The notes under the pieces are model-generated. The model did no database searches. It was not told where the DNA came from and saw nothing but the letters and a program-made list of their open reading frames with translations. A stretch of DNA of 64,000 nucleotides from a virus, in IMG/VR virus record IMGVR_UViG_3300012944_000001, positions 1 to 64,000 of that record. The stretch is one strand, 5' to 3'. This document shows positions 20,333 to 30,295 of the stretch, in pieces. The translations under genes were made by a program, and so were the position numbers. How positions within the stretch are numbered: the first letter of the stretch is position 1; every line of letters starts with the position of its first letter.

Positions 20333-20851
20333 GTGACCTTATTGTCTACTGATTGGACAGATATGTCCAGCAAAACCGCTATTAGACGTGCTGCTACAGT
20401 ACTAGGTATGTCGGCGTTGATCATGGTTCCTCTTGTAGGAACTGCTGATGCTGCTGCGCCTACTCTTCAAGCACGTGCTCTGGGTGTGGCTAAATACCAG
20501 ATTGGTGATCCTTACGTTTGGGGTGCAACTGGTCCCAGTGCATTTGACTGTTCGGGGTTGGTGTACTACGCTTACAAGCATGCAAGCAACGGCAAGACCC
20601 TGTCTCGTACAGCGCAGGCACAGTATGATAAAGCAACAAAGATCAAATCCACTAATCGTAAAGTTGGAGATTTGATCTTTTTTGCAACTGGCTGGCATTG
20701 GTCTACCCACCATAAAACTAAGATCGCTACTGGTGTGTATCATGTGGGAATTTACATGGGCAATGGCAAGATCTTGCACGCGCCACATACAGGTGCTAAG
20801 GTTCGGATCGAAAAGCTATGGACAAATAGTGTATTTTACGGAAGAGTCTAA
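20333..20851 (+). CDS. secreted NlpC/P60 peptidoglycan endopeptidase
   Basis: Signal peptide; PYVWGATGPSAFDCSGLV, GDLIFF, HVGIY. Confidence 0.92.
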   Translation: MTLLSTDWTDMSSKTAIRRAATVLGMSALIMVPLVGTADAAAPTLQARALGVAKYQIGDPYVWGATGPSAFDCSGLVYYAYKHASNGKTLSRTAQAQYDKATKIKSTNRKVGDLIFFATGWHWSTHHKTKIATGVYHVGIYMGNGKILHAPHTGAKVRIEKLWTNSVFYGRV

Positions 20852-20860
20852 GGAGAGCAC

Positions 20861-21616
20861 ATGAATAAGATATCTATTGCAATAATCACTGCCAGCCTTG
20901 CAGGAGGAATTGCTTCTGGCGTTGTACAGAACGCATATGCTGATTCCTCTTACAGTGTTCCCCAATTGGAGCAATTGTGGATTAGTGCTGGGGGTGACCC
21001 TTCTAAAGCATGTGTCGCTGCGGCTGTTGCCCATGCCGAATCTGGAGGAAATCCTAATGCAATTAGTCCTACAAATGATTGGGGTTTGTGGCAGATCAAT
21101 AAGGATGCGCACCCAAGTTTGGCAACTCTTTCTTCTATAGGAAGTGCTAAGGCGGCTATTACTATTAGTAATAATGGCAATAATTGGGCCCCTTGGTCAG
21201 TTTATGGGAGCGTTAACTATGAAAAAGGTTTGTCAAAGTGCTCCAATGGCTCTGTAAGCTCCTACAACAACGTAGAGACTACTCCTGCGCCTACTGCCTC
21301 TGTTAGTCCTTCTACAGGCGCCACAGGGGCTCCTAAGCCTAACTACAAGAAGAACACTGGGCATCCGTTCAAGATGCCTACCCTTACCTACAGCGGTGCG
21401 CCTGGAACTACTGTAATGACTGGTTGTGGAGATTGGGATCGTTTTGGCTATATTGTAAAGTCAGGTGATACTCTATCCAGCATTGGTCGTAAGTTTGACG
21501 TCACCTGGAAGGCAGTCTATAAGGACGTTTCTAACAAGTCTCGAATTACTGACGCCAACGTCATATACCCCCACGAGTTGGTATGTATTCCTTATAGTTC
21601 TACGAATCACCAGTAG
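20861..21616 (+). CDS. secreted lytic transglycosylase with LysM domain
   Basis: AESGGNPNA...GLWQIN; YIVKSGDTLSSIG LysM. Confidence 0.9.
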   Translation: MNKISIAIITASLAGGIASGVVQNAYADSSYSVPQLEQLWISAGGDPSKACVAAAVAHAESGGNPNAISPTNDWGLWQINKDAHPSLATLSSIGSAKAAITISNNGNNWAPWSVYGSVNYEKGLSKCSNGSVSSYNNVETTPAPTASVSPSTGATGAPKPNYKKNTGHPFKMPTLTYSGAPGTTVMTGCGDWDRFGYIVKSGDTLSSIGRKFDVTWKAVYKDVSNKSRITDANVIYPHELVCIPYSSTNHQ

Positions 21617-21703
21617 GAATCAGCCCTGTCCTTCTCTTGAAGGATGGGGCTTTTTCTGTTAAGATGAAGAAGTTAATCGAGAAATCTATTTGGAAGGCAT
21701 TAT

Positions 21704-22255
21704 ATGGCTGACACATTTGATCCCCATACGGATAGCAATGTTCACAAAACTGGACTTTTAGTATGTTTTCCCTGCAAATCTATAGATGAGATTCCGGATT
21801 ATGATCCTGACAACGCGGATAATGATCCTCGTATTGGTTACATCTTGGAGACACATCTAAGACGCCATCCTTCTTTTGAAGATCGTCTATCCACTGAATG
21901 GGCAGCCTTAGGCTTTGTACCTACGCGTCACTGGAAGGATCCAGAATACCGCAAGGACATCACCAAGAAGATCCTTGCAGGAAACGGCGCAACAGGTTTT
22001 GACAGTGAGTTCTATGCTGTACAGAATACTTTCAAAGAAGATGCTATGACCTGTTATAACAAACACAATAGACCTTCTTTTACAGCCATCAAGTGCTTGG
22101 ATTACCTGGATAACTCCAAGGAAATTAAGCCTGATACTAGTCGTGAGCGCAAGAAGGCCGGTCTTCCTACATATGATGAGACAAAAATCAGAAGATCCTT
22201 TGTGTGCGAATACTGCCCCTATCATCAAAGTGTCCGCAGTGCCCTGCAAAAGTAA
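21704..22255 (+). CDS. hypothetical Cys/His-containing protein
   Basis: ORF with CxxC pairs. Confidence 0.65.
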   Translation: MADTFDPHTDSNVHKTGLLVCFPCKSIDEIPDYDPDNADNDPRIGYILETHLRRHPSFEDRLSTEWAALGFVPTRHWKDPEYRKDITKKILAGNGATGFDSEFYAVQNTFKEDAMTCYNKHNRPSFTAIKCLDYLDNSKEIKPDTSRERKKAGLPTYDETKIRRSFVCEYCPYHQSVRSALQK

Positions 22256-22284
22256 CATAGAAATACTACTAGGAGAATCCAAGA

Positions 22285-22644
22285 ATGACAATTGATTTAG
22301 ATGAGCTAAGACAAAAGAAGGCTTTTGAAGAACTAGCAGCTTCCCGAGAAAGTTCTGCTGAAGAAGTCACAACTGCTTTCCTTGTTGTTCAAAGTAAGGA
22401 TGGACAGTGGGCTGCTTACCATGATTTTGCTGATCTAGAACTGGATATGCGTCACGCAGCAACATTTGATGATATGATAGGCGGCTGTGAAAATATAAAG
22501 ATAGGCTGCCAAATTCAGCAAACAGGTATGGCTACTATGATTGTGATGGAGCAGCGAGCAGCACAGATGCAGCAGCAACTTGCTCAGCAGCAGGAAGCTA
22601 ATAGAGTCGCCTCACTTATTGACCCTAAGAAATTGAGAGCATAA
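22285..22644 (+). CDS. hypothetical protein
   Basis: AGGAG RBS. Confidence 0.65.
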   Translation: MTIDLDELRQKKAFEELAASRESSAEEVTTAFLVVQSKDGQWAAYHDFADLELDMRHAATFDDMIGGCENIKIGCQIQQTGMATMIVMEQRAAQMQQQLAQQQEANRVASLIDPKKLRA

Positions 22645-22645
22645 T

Positions 22646-23530
22646 ATGGGAATATATGGACAAGATTGGGCAAGCTATCAAGGATCTACACCTTCTGCCA
22701 AGGGAATCGATTTCGTATTCCTTAAGGTAACTGAGGGAACTACATATGAAAGTCCTGTATGGAAATCACAATACGCAGAAGCTATCAAAGCAGGATTAGC
22801 AATAGGTTTTTATCATTATCCGCACATGCACAATAATCCAGACGCTGAGGTAAATTACTTTCTATCTAAGGTAACTCCTAAGATAGGCGAGATGGTTGTA
22901 TTGGACTGGGAAGGTTATGACGCGAATAATCGTAATCTGTCGCCTTCCGAACTGTTGTCTTATAAGGAAGAATATCTTCGTTTTATGAAGTCAAAGCTTC
23001 CACATAATCCGGTAGGACTTTACTGTAATACTAGTTATTGGTTAAGCATCGACAAGGCCAGTAACGCGGGAGACTTCCTATGGATTGCTACAGCTAACAA
23101 GCCCGCTGGACAGCCGGGAATTCAGTACAACTGGCTGTTCCATCAGTATGGAGCTTCTGGCGTAGACAGAGACTATTGTCGTCTTGCAACCAAGACTGAT
23201 TTGATAAACTGGATTAAGGGATTCGCACCTAAGGCTGCGGGTACTACAATTCATCTGAGTCACATCATCGCCGCTGCCACAACGGATCCTACCGCTAAGC
23301 AGGGACATACAACACACGCCGCTGAAGTGCGTGTTGTAGAGAACGCTCTTTGGGTAGAGGGTTTGTTGGAGAAGAAGTATGCCAGTGATGGTTCTTTTGG
23401 ATCTAAGACTTTAGAAGCTTATGCAAAGTGGCAGAAGAAGTGTGCAGATGGCAAGGGAACTCATACGGGTATTCCCGGTAAAGGGTCTCTTACTCTTCTA
23501 GGCAAGAAGCATTACTTTACTGTGCTGTAA
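22646..23530 (+). CDS. endolysin, GH25 muramidase with C-terminal peptidoglycan-binding domain
   Basis: GQDWASYQ, KVTEG, GFYHY, LDWE, FHQY, DRD; DGSFG.KT..AY..WQ. Confidence 0.9.
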   Translation: MGIYGQDWASYQGSTPSAKGIDFVFLKVTEGTTYESPVWKSQYAEAIKAGLAIGFYHYPHMHNNPDAEVNYFLSKVTPKIGEMVVLDWEGYDANNRNLSPSELLSYKEEYLRFMKSKLPHNPVGLYCNTSYWLSIDKASNAGDFLWIATANKPAGQPGIQYNWLFHQYGASGVDRDYCRLATKTDLINWIKGFAPKAAGTTIHLSHIIAAATTDPTAKQGHTTHAAEVRVVENALWVEGLLEKKYASDGSFGSKTLEAYAKWQKKCADGKGTHTGIPGKGSLTLLGKKHYFTVL

Positions 23531-23606
23531 TCAATATAAAATTAGTAGGGAACCTATCTGACTTGGGTAGGTTCCCTTCTTACTTTCTTTAGGATAAGAT
23601 ATAACT

Positions 23607-24473
23607 ATGAATAGACTTAATATAGGCGCGAGTAGTTATTTCTCCCGACCTTCCCACGAACTTGATCCACACCTATTTGACGGGGAACACCTAAAGCCAC
23701 ATGTGCGCGAAACTATTAACAATCTGCTTATGGAGTATCTTGATTCTAGGTACCATAACGCTAGCAGTTATGTCATGGTATGGTTGGCTGGTTCTGGAAT
23801 CAGTTATCAGTGGGCTTCAGATCGCGGAAACGGTGATCTCGATGTATTATTCGGAATCGACTATTCCAAATTCGTAACTGACAATCCTGAATTTCAATAT
23901 ATGGATAGACAAGAGATAACTGATGCTATTGATGATGATTTAAAAAAGAATCTTTGGCCATATACTTCAGGAATGCCTTTTTATATTGATAATAAAGAAC
24001 AATATACTTCTCAAAGATATGAAATAACTTTCTTTCTCAATAACAATATAGAAGATTCTCCGCATGCTATTGTTAATATTCATCCCTATGCAGCATATAA
24101 CGTTACTGAAGATATGTGGACAATAAAACCCCCAGCACCTGGAGATATTCCTTCTGAGTATCCTAAGGAATATGAAGAAAAGTCTCAGGATAATCTTAGA
24201 CAAGCAGAACAATTAGTTACTAGACACGGATATCTTATGCAGCAATTATCTATGACTCCTAAGAATTCTCCACAATGGCATAATTATCAATCTTCTATGA
24301 CATTACTTATGCAATATATAAGAACTATGTATGATGAGATTCATTTAGGAAGAAAGAAAGCTTTTTCTGATAATGGAGAAGGTTATGGAGATTTTTATAA
24401 TTATCAATGGCAAGCCGCAAAGCGTGATGGAATAGTAAATACTCTTAATGAAATACTAAATATGGAGCATTAA
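23607..24473 (+). CDS. Pol-beta superfamily nucleotidyltransferase
   Basis: hGS...DLDV motif (LAGSGISYQW...GDLDVL). Confidence 0.75.
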   Translation: MNRLNIGASSYFSRPSHELDPHLFDGEHLKPHVRETINNLLMEYLDSRYHNASSYVMVWLAGSGISYQWASDRGNGDLDVLFGIDYSKFVTDNPEFQYMDRQEITDAIDDDLKKNLWPYTSGMPFYIDNKEQYTSQRYEITFFLNNNIEDSPHAIVNIHPYAAYNVTEDMWTIKPPAPGDIPSEYPKEYEEKSQDNLRQAEQLVTRHGYLMQQLSMTPKNSPQWHNYQSSMTLLMQYIRTMYDEIHLGRKKAFSDNGEGYGDFYNYQWQAAKRDGIVNTLNEILNMEH

Positions 24474-24971
24474 ATGGCAGAACAATGGGGTAATCATATA
24501 GCTATAGTAGTAGAAGGAATATTAAGACAACCTAATGATTCTTCTGTAATTATTCCTGGTTTATTAATATATAAAGCTCTTGTTAATACACATAGGGTTT
24601 CTCTTATATTCGATAGTTCTGCCAAAGAGAAGATACAGTATTGGCTGCTTATGAATTCTCTTACAGAACATGTTGGAGAAATCTACTGGGATGACATTGA
24701 TTCAGAAGATGTAGGAGAGAGAAGACTGGCTCAAGTAGCAAGATTAAGGACTAGTGGGCCGCTATCTCTTGTATATGAGTCAAATACAACGGCAGCAGCC
24801 AGGTTACTCAATGCAGGAATTCCTACTTTTCTATTTCTTCATCCTCAATATACCCATCCCGAGTTCCGTCCTGGACATTCTTCAAGCGCAACACCTTGGA
24901 ATGATCTGTTAAATGAGAAGATCCGTCAACAAGAAGCCAGAGTAACAGATACTCGACTAAACGATTTCTAA
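24474..24971 (+). CDS. degenerate HAD-like protein
   Basis: IAIVVEGILR resembles HAD motif I without the nucleophile Asp. Confidence 0.45.
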   Translation: MAEQWGNHIAIVVEGILRQPNDSSVIIPGLLIYKALVNTHRVSLIFDSSAKEKIQYWLLMNSLTEHVGEIYWDDIDSEDVGERRLAQVARLRTSGPLSLVYESNTTAAARLLNAGIPTFLFLHPQYTHPEFRPGHSSSATPWNDLLNEKIRQQEARVTDTRLNDF

Positions 24972-24980
24972 GGAGATCTT

Positions 24981-25589
24981 ATGCCTGCAAGTATTCCTAA
25001 TCAAACAGCAATAGCTACTGTAGGTGCTCAATTCCATACTGATGTATTTCATAAACTTGAGCAAGGCGTACACAAAAGTGTAGCTAATAACAAAGCAAGG
25101 GCTGTAGCAAAAGCCAGAGCCACTGATGCTGCGCGTAATCAGTATGCACAAAGTGCCCGACAAGGTGTTTCCCAAGGAAGAGCAGCATATAATGCGGCCC
25201 AAGCGAATAAGCCTAAAGGAACTGCTACACCTACTTTTTCACATACAGCGCAGACCCATACATCCAGACCTGGAGGGCCTGTAGGAAACGCCTCATCTAC
25301 CTTTTCCAGTCAGTTTTCTTCGCACACCCCTCATGGGACTCCTCAGGGTACCGCAGCGCCTACTTTCAGTTCTCCGCAACCTGCCGCTACGCCTACACAT
25401 GTTCCCGTGGCTGGACAACCTATTGCACACACTACCTTCTCTAGTCAGCTAACACCTCAGGCTGCCTCTCAGAGCGCTCCAGGGCCTGTTACAGGCGGTT
25501 TCAGCAGTGCGGCGCAGGATACTGCCACTCCGCCAACGCCTCCTTTCAGACAGGGTTCTACAGGAGCAAGTTTCTCTCATGGAATCTAA
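24981..25589 (+). CDS. low-complexity Ala/Pro/Ser/Thr-rich protein
   Basis: AAGGAG RBS; repeated TFSS/FSH motifs. Confidence 0.65.
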   Translation: MPASIPNQTAIATVGAQFHTDVFHKLEQGVHKSVANNKARAVAKARATDAARNQYAQSARQGVSQGRAAYNAAQANKPKGTATPTFSHTAQTHTSRPGGPVGNASSTFSSQFSSHTPHGTPQGTAAPTFSSPQPAATPTHVPVAGQPIAHTTFSSQLTPQAASQSAPGPVTGGFSSAAQDTATPPTPPFRQGSTGASFSHGI

Positions 25590-25809
25590 CGAACATCCTC
25601 AACATAAAGAACCAAAAGGTATTTCTAAACAAATACTTCCTAAATTATCAGCACGCCATACTATTGAAGGTCGTACACAAGAATTCACTGTAGGTTCTCG
25701 TAATGCAGAATCTGGCGGTGTTGCTGCTAAAGGATCAAAACTAGAAGCACAAGCAATTAATATGCAAAACTCCAAGAAGGCAAAGCGAGCAAAGAAAAAG
25801 AGCCGATGA
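25579..25809 (+). CDS. small basic protein
   Basis: ATG 25579 in frame with ORF 25507..25809. Confidence 0.5.
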   Translation: MESNEHPQHKEPKGISKQILPKLSARHTIEGRTQEFTVGSRNAESGGVAAKGSKLEAQAINMQNSKKAKRAKKKSR

Positions 25810-27320
25810 TTCTCTATTACCAAGGCTTAGAACTTCCTACATATAGAAATATCATTAAAGAAATGAAAGTTCCTGGAAGTTCTATAAGTTATATGGCATT
25901 ACGTAAACGGACTAAATTCAGAAAACCCTGGTTACTGAAGAACTATATGCCAGAAGGCCACAGAGTGCTTGTGGATTCTGGTTGTGGGGCCCTGAATAAC
26001 TCTAAGGAACAACTATATGAAAATAAAGAATTACGAGAAATCGCAGAGCATTACTATAGCTGGGTATCTGACAACATCGAATACATTGACTTTTACACAG
26101 AATTCGATGCTCTTCAACTCGGTAAAGGATTTATTGAAGAGTATAGAGATTCCGCAAGAGGTCAATTTTACGATAAATTGGTGCCAATATGGCACGGGGA
26201 TACAGGAAATGAGACCACAGCTGATCTCCATTCACTTGCCGAGAGATTCGGACGCGTGGGAATTACACAGACAACTCTCAAAGGACGAGACCTTGTCCCT
26301 GTACTCAATAAAATGGCAAACTCCGGTGTATCTCTTCATGGGCTAGCTATGACCAAGCCTGATATCATGCAGGCTATCGGCTGGGCATCTATCTCTTCCA
26401 CATCGTGGACAACACCTCAACGTTATGGCGATACTATTATTTGGTCGCATAATCAGATAAAGAGATATCCCAAGAGCATGAAAGAACAAGGCAGAAGAAA
26501 AGAGCGGTACGTTATCCAGGCTGCCGGATTCGACTGGGAAAAGATACAGAAGGATGATCCTAAGGAACTTTTACGACTAGCTATTTGGTCATTGGAGCAA
26601 TTAATTGGCAGTATTAATAAGAAAAATAATAGAGGAGTAACTACATCAATGAATTTCGATGATGAGGGCTTTACAGATATAGAAGATGAGGAAGTTGGTG
26701 GTGTAGTAGAAAGGGCCACGAACAGAGTACCAACTGCTACCCCTAGAGATGCTTCTCAAAAACGTGTTATTCCCCTTATTGATTTCGATATAGATACAGT
26801 AAAAGTAAAAAATGCAGAGACCGGAAAAACTGAAGATGTAACCCGTCCTCGCATTAAGATTCGTAGTGAATCTATGCGTATCTGTGATACTTGTTTTCTT
26901 GCGGCAAAATGTCCTATGTTTGAGTCTGGAAGTACTTGTGCCTACGATATTCCTATTCAAGTAGAAACAAAAGAACAAGTACAATCCCTTATGAATACCC
27001 TGGTTTCTATGCAAACACAGCGTGTTCTGTTAGGAAAAATGGCGGAAGACCTAGAAGGTGGCCAAATTGATCCACTTCTTTCTGGAGAGATTGATCGTTT
27101 AGGAAAACTGATAGAGAAGAAGAATACTATAGAACAAGAAGGCTTTTCTCTTACAGTTACTGCTAAGCAACAAGGAAATATGTCTTATGTAGATAGAATA
27201 TTTGGTGATATGACAGATCGTTCTTTTACAGCCCTACCAAAGCCAGTACCTGCTGAAGACGCTATGAAACAATTAGATATTCCAGACGCCGATATCATAG
27301 AAGATAGATGGGAACAATAG
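25806..27320 (+). CDS. TGT/DpdA-like TIM-barrel protein with C-terminal Cys-rich extension
   Basis: VLVDSG, PIWH, LHGLAMT, SISSTSW resemble TGT-fold DSG/HxLG/SxDSxSW motifs; CDTC-x4-C...C. Confidence 0.55.
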   Translation: MILYYQGLELPTYRNIIKEMKVPGSSISYMALRKRTKFRKPWLLKNYMPEGHRVLVDSGCGALNNSKEQLYENKELREIAEHYYSWVSDNIEYIDFYTEFDALQLGKGFIEEYRDSARGQFYDKLVPIWHGDTGNETTADLHSLAERFGRVGITQTTLKGRDLVPVLNKMANSGVSLHGLAMTKPDIMQAIGWASISSTSWTTPQRYGDTIIWSHNQIKRYPKSMKEQGRRKERYVIQAAGFDWEKIQKDDPKELLRLAIWSLEQLIGSINKKNNRGVTTSMNFDDEGFTDIEDEEVGGVVERATNRVPTATPRDASQKRVIPLIDFDIDTVKVKNAETGKTEDVTRPRIKIRSESMRICDTCFLAAKCPMFESGSTCAYDIPIQVETKEQVQSLMNTLVSMQTQRVLLGKMAEDLEGGQIDPLLSGEIDRLGKLIEKKNTIEQEGFSLTVTAKQQGNMSYVDRIFGDMTDRSFTALPKPVPAEDAMKQLDIPDADIIEDRWEQ

Positions 27321-27496
27321 CAACTCGTGTTAAGTGAAATATATGTAGATGCTTCCGACTTTGATAATTATCCGGAGAAGTGGTGGCCGGACGATACGGA
27401 AGAAGAACTTAAAAGTTGTCATGCTTGTTTTGGAACAGGTATGGATAAATATGAAGATGCCGATTGTATTGTCTGTTTTGGAGATGGAGTACTGTA

Positions 27497-27748
27497 ATGC
27501 AGGTGTTTGATGAAATGGTAGATGATCTTCTTTCCGGAGAAGTTCTCTTGGCAGAATTCGATTCAGGATTAACAATCTCAGCGAATGCTGATTATGTTGG
27601 AATAACAATTGAAGATGACGACACCATTATGGATATTAAGATAGAAGGAGATGAGCTTGATTATCTCCATCTATTTCTGGAAGCTATGTTCGTTGCCAGA
27701 AAGCAGATAGAAAATATTAATTGGGACGATTTACTGACCGGAAATTAA
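27497..27748 (+). CDS. hypothetical acidic protein
   Basis: GGAG RBS before ATG 27497. Confidence 0.55.
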   Translation: MQVFDEMVDDLLSGEVLLAEFDSGLTISANADYVGITIEDDDTIMDIKIEGDELDYLHLFLEAMFVARKQIENINWDDLLTGN

Positions 27749-27763
27749 AAATTTAATTAACGC

Positions 27764-27805
27764 AAAAACCCCACCAGAATCTTTTCGATAATGGTGGGGT
27801 TTTTC
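27764..27805. terminator. bidirectional terminator
   Basis: AAAAACCCCACCA...TGGTGGGGTTTTT between convergent genes. Confidence 0.8.
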
Positions 27806-27816
27806 ATGTGCTTTTA

Positions 27817-28053
27817 TTAAAACCATTCCCAGTAATAATTATTTGTCACTCTTCCCAAATAGTCTTGTCCGTATTTCTTGGTGATGAGACTGAACAAGGC
27901 CATTGTCGCTATCAATTCCTCTTGCTTTTCAACCTTTTCTCCCGCATAAGTACTTACGAAGGTACTTACACACATGTAGGCATCATCCGTCATTGCCATC
28001 TTCGCAACTGTGATGATTGCGGCATCTCGTACTATGTCTCTCATAAGGTACAT
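27817..28053 (-). CDS. hypothetical protein
   Basis: AGGAG RBS; promoter at 28201-28229. Confidence 0.6.
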   Translation of the reverse strand: MYLMRDIVRDAAIITVAKMAMTDDAYMCVSTFVSTYAGEKVEKQEELIATMALFSLITKKYGQDYLGRVTNNYYWEWF

Positions 28054-28200
28054 GTCTCCTATAGGGTGTCAAATCGGACATGGCAGTATTGCGTAGATTG
28101 TGTGATTAGCCCTAAATGTCCGATTTGGGTAAAAGGGCAGGTCTGGTACGAATCTTTGGTGGACACCGAGTGAAACAGTCGGGCCGCTGTGTTGATATAG

Positions 28201-28229
28201 ACACTAGCCTCTGCCTACAGCTCTGTCAA
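28201..28229 (-). promoter_or_regulatory. sigma70/HrdB-type promoter
   Basis: Minus strand TTGACA-N17-TAGTGT. Confidence 0.75.
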
Positions 28230-28351
28230 GTCCTTTCACAAGACTCGCTGTATGGCTCTGTGAGTCCCTGTCTGTGTCTCTGGGCAACAGAGTAGCGCGT
28301 GCCGCTGAGAGCGTCTAGAGGAGCTCTCCAGAGGCTCTCTGACCTGCCCGC

Positions 28352-28380
28352 TTGACACGTACTGCGGCAGGCCCTAGTGT
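28352..28380 (+). promoter_or_regulatory. sigma70/HrdB-type promoter (divergent from 28201)
   Basis: TTGACA-N17-TAGTGT. Confidence 0.75.
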
Positions 28381-28430
28381 TCTCCATGTCGCCACAACGG
28401 CGGACACACACAGAGAGAGGAACAGCATAG

Positions 28431-28622
28431 ATGTACTCACGTACACACCTGAGTCCCTTGCCTGACGCCGGTCTCCCACCCTTTCAAAAACCGGCTAAAC
28501 TCACGGGTCAGCAGAGAGACGAGATCCGGGAAAAGCGGCTTGCGGGAGTAGACCCTAAGGTCTTGTCGTTGGAATACGGTGTCACAGCGGGATACATTCG
28601 CCACATGGTTAGTCCTGCATAA
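28431..28622 (+). CDS. helix-turn-helix DNA-binding protein
   Basis: KLTGQQRDEIR...LSLEYGVTAGYIRH. Confidence 0.65.
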   Translation: MYSRTHLSPLPDAGLPPFQKPAKLTGQQRDEIREKRLAGVDPKVLSLEYGVTAGYIRHMVSPA

Positions 28623-28637
28623 GCGAAAGAGGAACAA

Positions 28638-28892
28638 ATGCCTCAGTTGATCATCAAAGAATATGCCGATCGTGTCTGTGTAGGCACCACAGAGCATGAT
28701 GTCTCAGATGTCACAGAAGCTTCTGTGCGCTTGGTACACGATCTGTGGGATACTTCCAGCCCGGAATACTCGGCGGAGGTACTGGCCAAGTGGTTCGCTG
28801 GTCCCTTCATGGTGGGTGACGACTACGGGTTTGATGTGCGACAGTATGACGGACCTGTAGGTCAGTGGACAGAGTTCCTATACCGTCCCTAG
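28638..28892 (+). CDS. hypothetical protein
   Basis: GAGGA RBS. Confidence 0.65.
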   Translation: MPQLIIKEYADRVCVGTTEHDVSDVTEASVRLVHDLWDTSSPEYSAEVLAKWFAGPFMVGDDYGFDVRQYDGPVGQWTEFLYRP

Positions 28893-28971
28893 TATTGTGT
28901 ATCATTCAGAGGGTTGACATTCTCTGAGTGGTACGGTTCACTAGGAACCCTGAACACGAGAAAGGCACATA

Positions 28972-29223
28972 TTGAAGATTCTCATTGACGACATCGACGC
29001 TGCGGGTAACAAGATTCCCGACACTTACCTGTCTGGCGATGATCGCGGTGATTTGACTGCGGCCCTACAGGATGACCTTCGCCTATTGGCCAGTGATGAA
29101 TTCGCCGAGGTGGCATTTACCGCTTGGGTGGAGGGTTGGCGGAACAACGAGCCAGCCGAGACTTTCTCGTTCGACGTAGAGAACGGGAACGGCTGGAAGG
29201 TACGATACACCTACGTTCCCTAG
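28972..29223 (+). CDS. hypothetical protein
   Basis: GAAAGG RBS, TTG start. Confidence 0.6.
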   Translation: MKILIDDIDAAGNKIPDTYLSGDDRGDLTAALQDDLRLLASDEFAEVAFTAWVEGWRNNEPAETFSFDVENGNGWKVRYTYVP

Positions 29224-29285
29224 TTGTCGCTATCGTCTAGGGCTTAACCTCCCTAGGCGGTAGGGTCCACTAGAAAGGATGCAAA

Positions 29286-29540
29286 ATGTCTTGGCAGAGC
29301 AATTGGAGTAGCAATCCCTCAGAAGCTTATTGGTATGGCTGTGTCATAATCGAGCGCCCTGGGGAAGTGTCTAGTTACACTGATTACGTGGATGCGTATA
29401 GTGCTAGTACAGAGCCGCCCAATGTGGATGAGCTGTGTCCTTATGGCAGCAGAATTCTCGAAAGGGAATTGAGAGCCACACCTTTGGGCAAAGATATGCT
29501 TGATGGTTGGGCAGATGATGAAATACTCCCTAACGAGTAG
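29286..29540 (+). CDS. hypothetical protein
   Basis: GAAAGGA RBS. Confidence 0.65.
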   Translation: MSWQSNWSSNPSEAYWYGCVIIERPGEVSSYTDYVDAYSASTEPPNVDELCPYGSRILERELRATPLGKDMLDGWADDEILPNE

Positions 29541-29620
29541 CGGGTGTGTATTACTCTGGATTACTCCAGGGTAGTGCAGACTTCCTAATCGGGGAAGTTA
29601 ACAGGAAAGGAAATACCTAC

Positions 29621-30214
29621 ATGAGCATTACTCTGTCTAAGGCCGATGGCGTTGTTCCTATGGAGGGTGTACGCAAGCTCGCTATTGGTGCCTCTTGGGA
29701 CACTACTGCGGGTACTTCTGGCGGAGTCTTGGGTTGGGGCAAGCGTAAGCGAGGCACTGACCTTGACGCTATCGCCATCCTGACGAGTGCTGGAGACCCT
29801 GTGAGGTATGCTGGTCTGGATGTCCTGGATCCTTGTCAGAATGGCTCTGTGACTCACTCTGGCGACAACCAGACTGGGCATGGTGAGGGTGATGACGAGA
29901 CCATTTCTGTAGAGTTCGCGTCTATCCCCAGTCATGTTGACGGCATTCTGTTCGTTGCTGCTGCTTTCAAGGCAGGCAGTAGTCTTGAAAAGGCTGCGAA
30001 TGTCTCTTTCAGGGTCTATACTCAGGGAATGGACGAGCCTAAGCTTGAGCTTGTTGCGGATATCTGGCCTTCACTTATGCAGACGGGTAATGCCGTCGGT
30101 GTCGCTAAGGCCAAGCGTATTGGCGACATGTGGACTATTGAGGTAATCAATACTCCTGGTAGCATCAAGCAGGGTGACCGTACTTCTCTTCTGAGGTTCG
30201 CACTCAACATGTAA
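29621..30214 (+). CDS. TerD/TerZ family stress protein
   Basis: GASWD, TDLDAIA, HSGDNQTGHGEGDDETI. Confidence 0.88.
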   Translation: MSITLSKADGVVPMEGVRKLAIGASWDTTAGTSGGVLGWGKRKRGTDLDAIAILTSAGDPVRYAGLDVLDPCQNGSVTHSGDNQTGHGEGDDETISVEFASIPSHVDGILFVAAAFKAGSSLEKAANVSFRVYTQGMDEPKLELVADIWPSLMQTGNAVGVAKAKRIGDMWTIEVINTPGSIKQGDRTSLLRFALNM

Positions 30215-30295
30215 TGCTGGTGAGCTTGTATCATCTTAGTTAATGTACTAGGGTGGTGCTAGCTTCCTAGAGAAGGAAGCACACAGGAGGTTACA

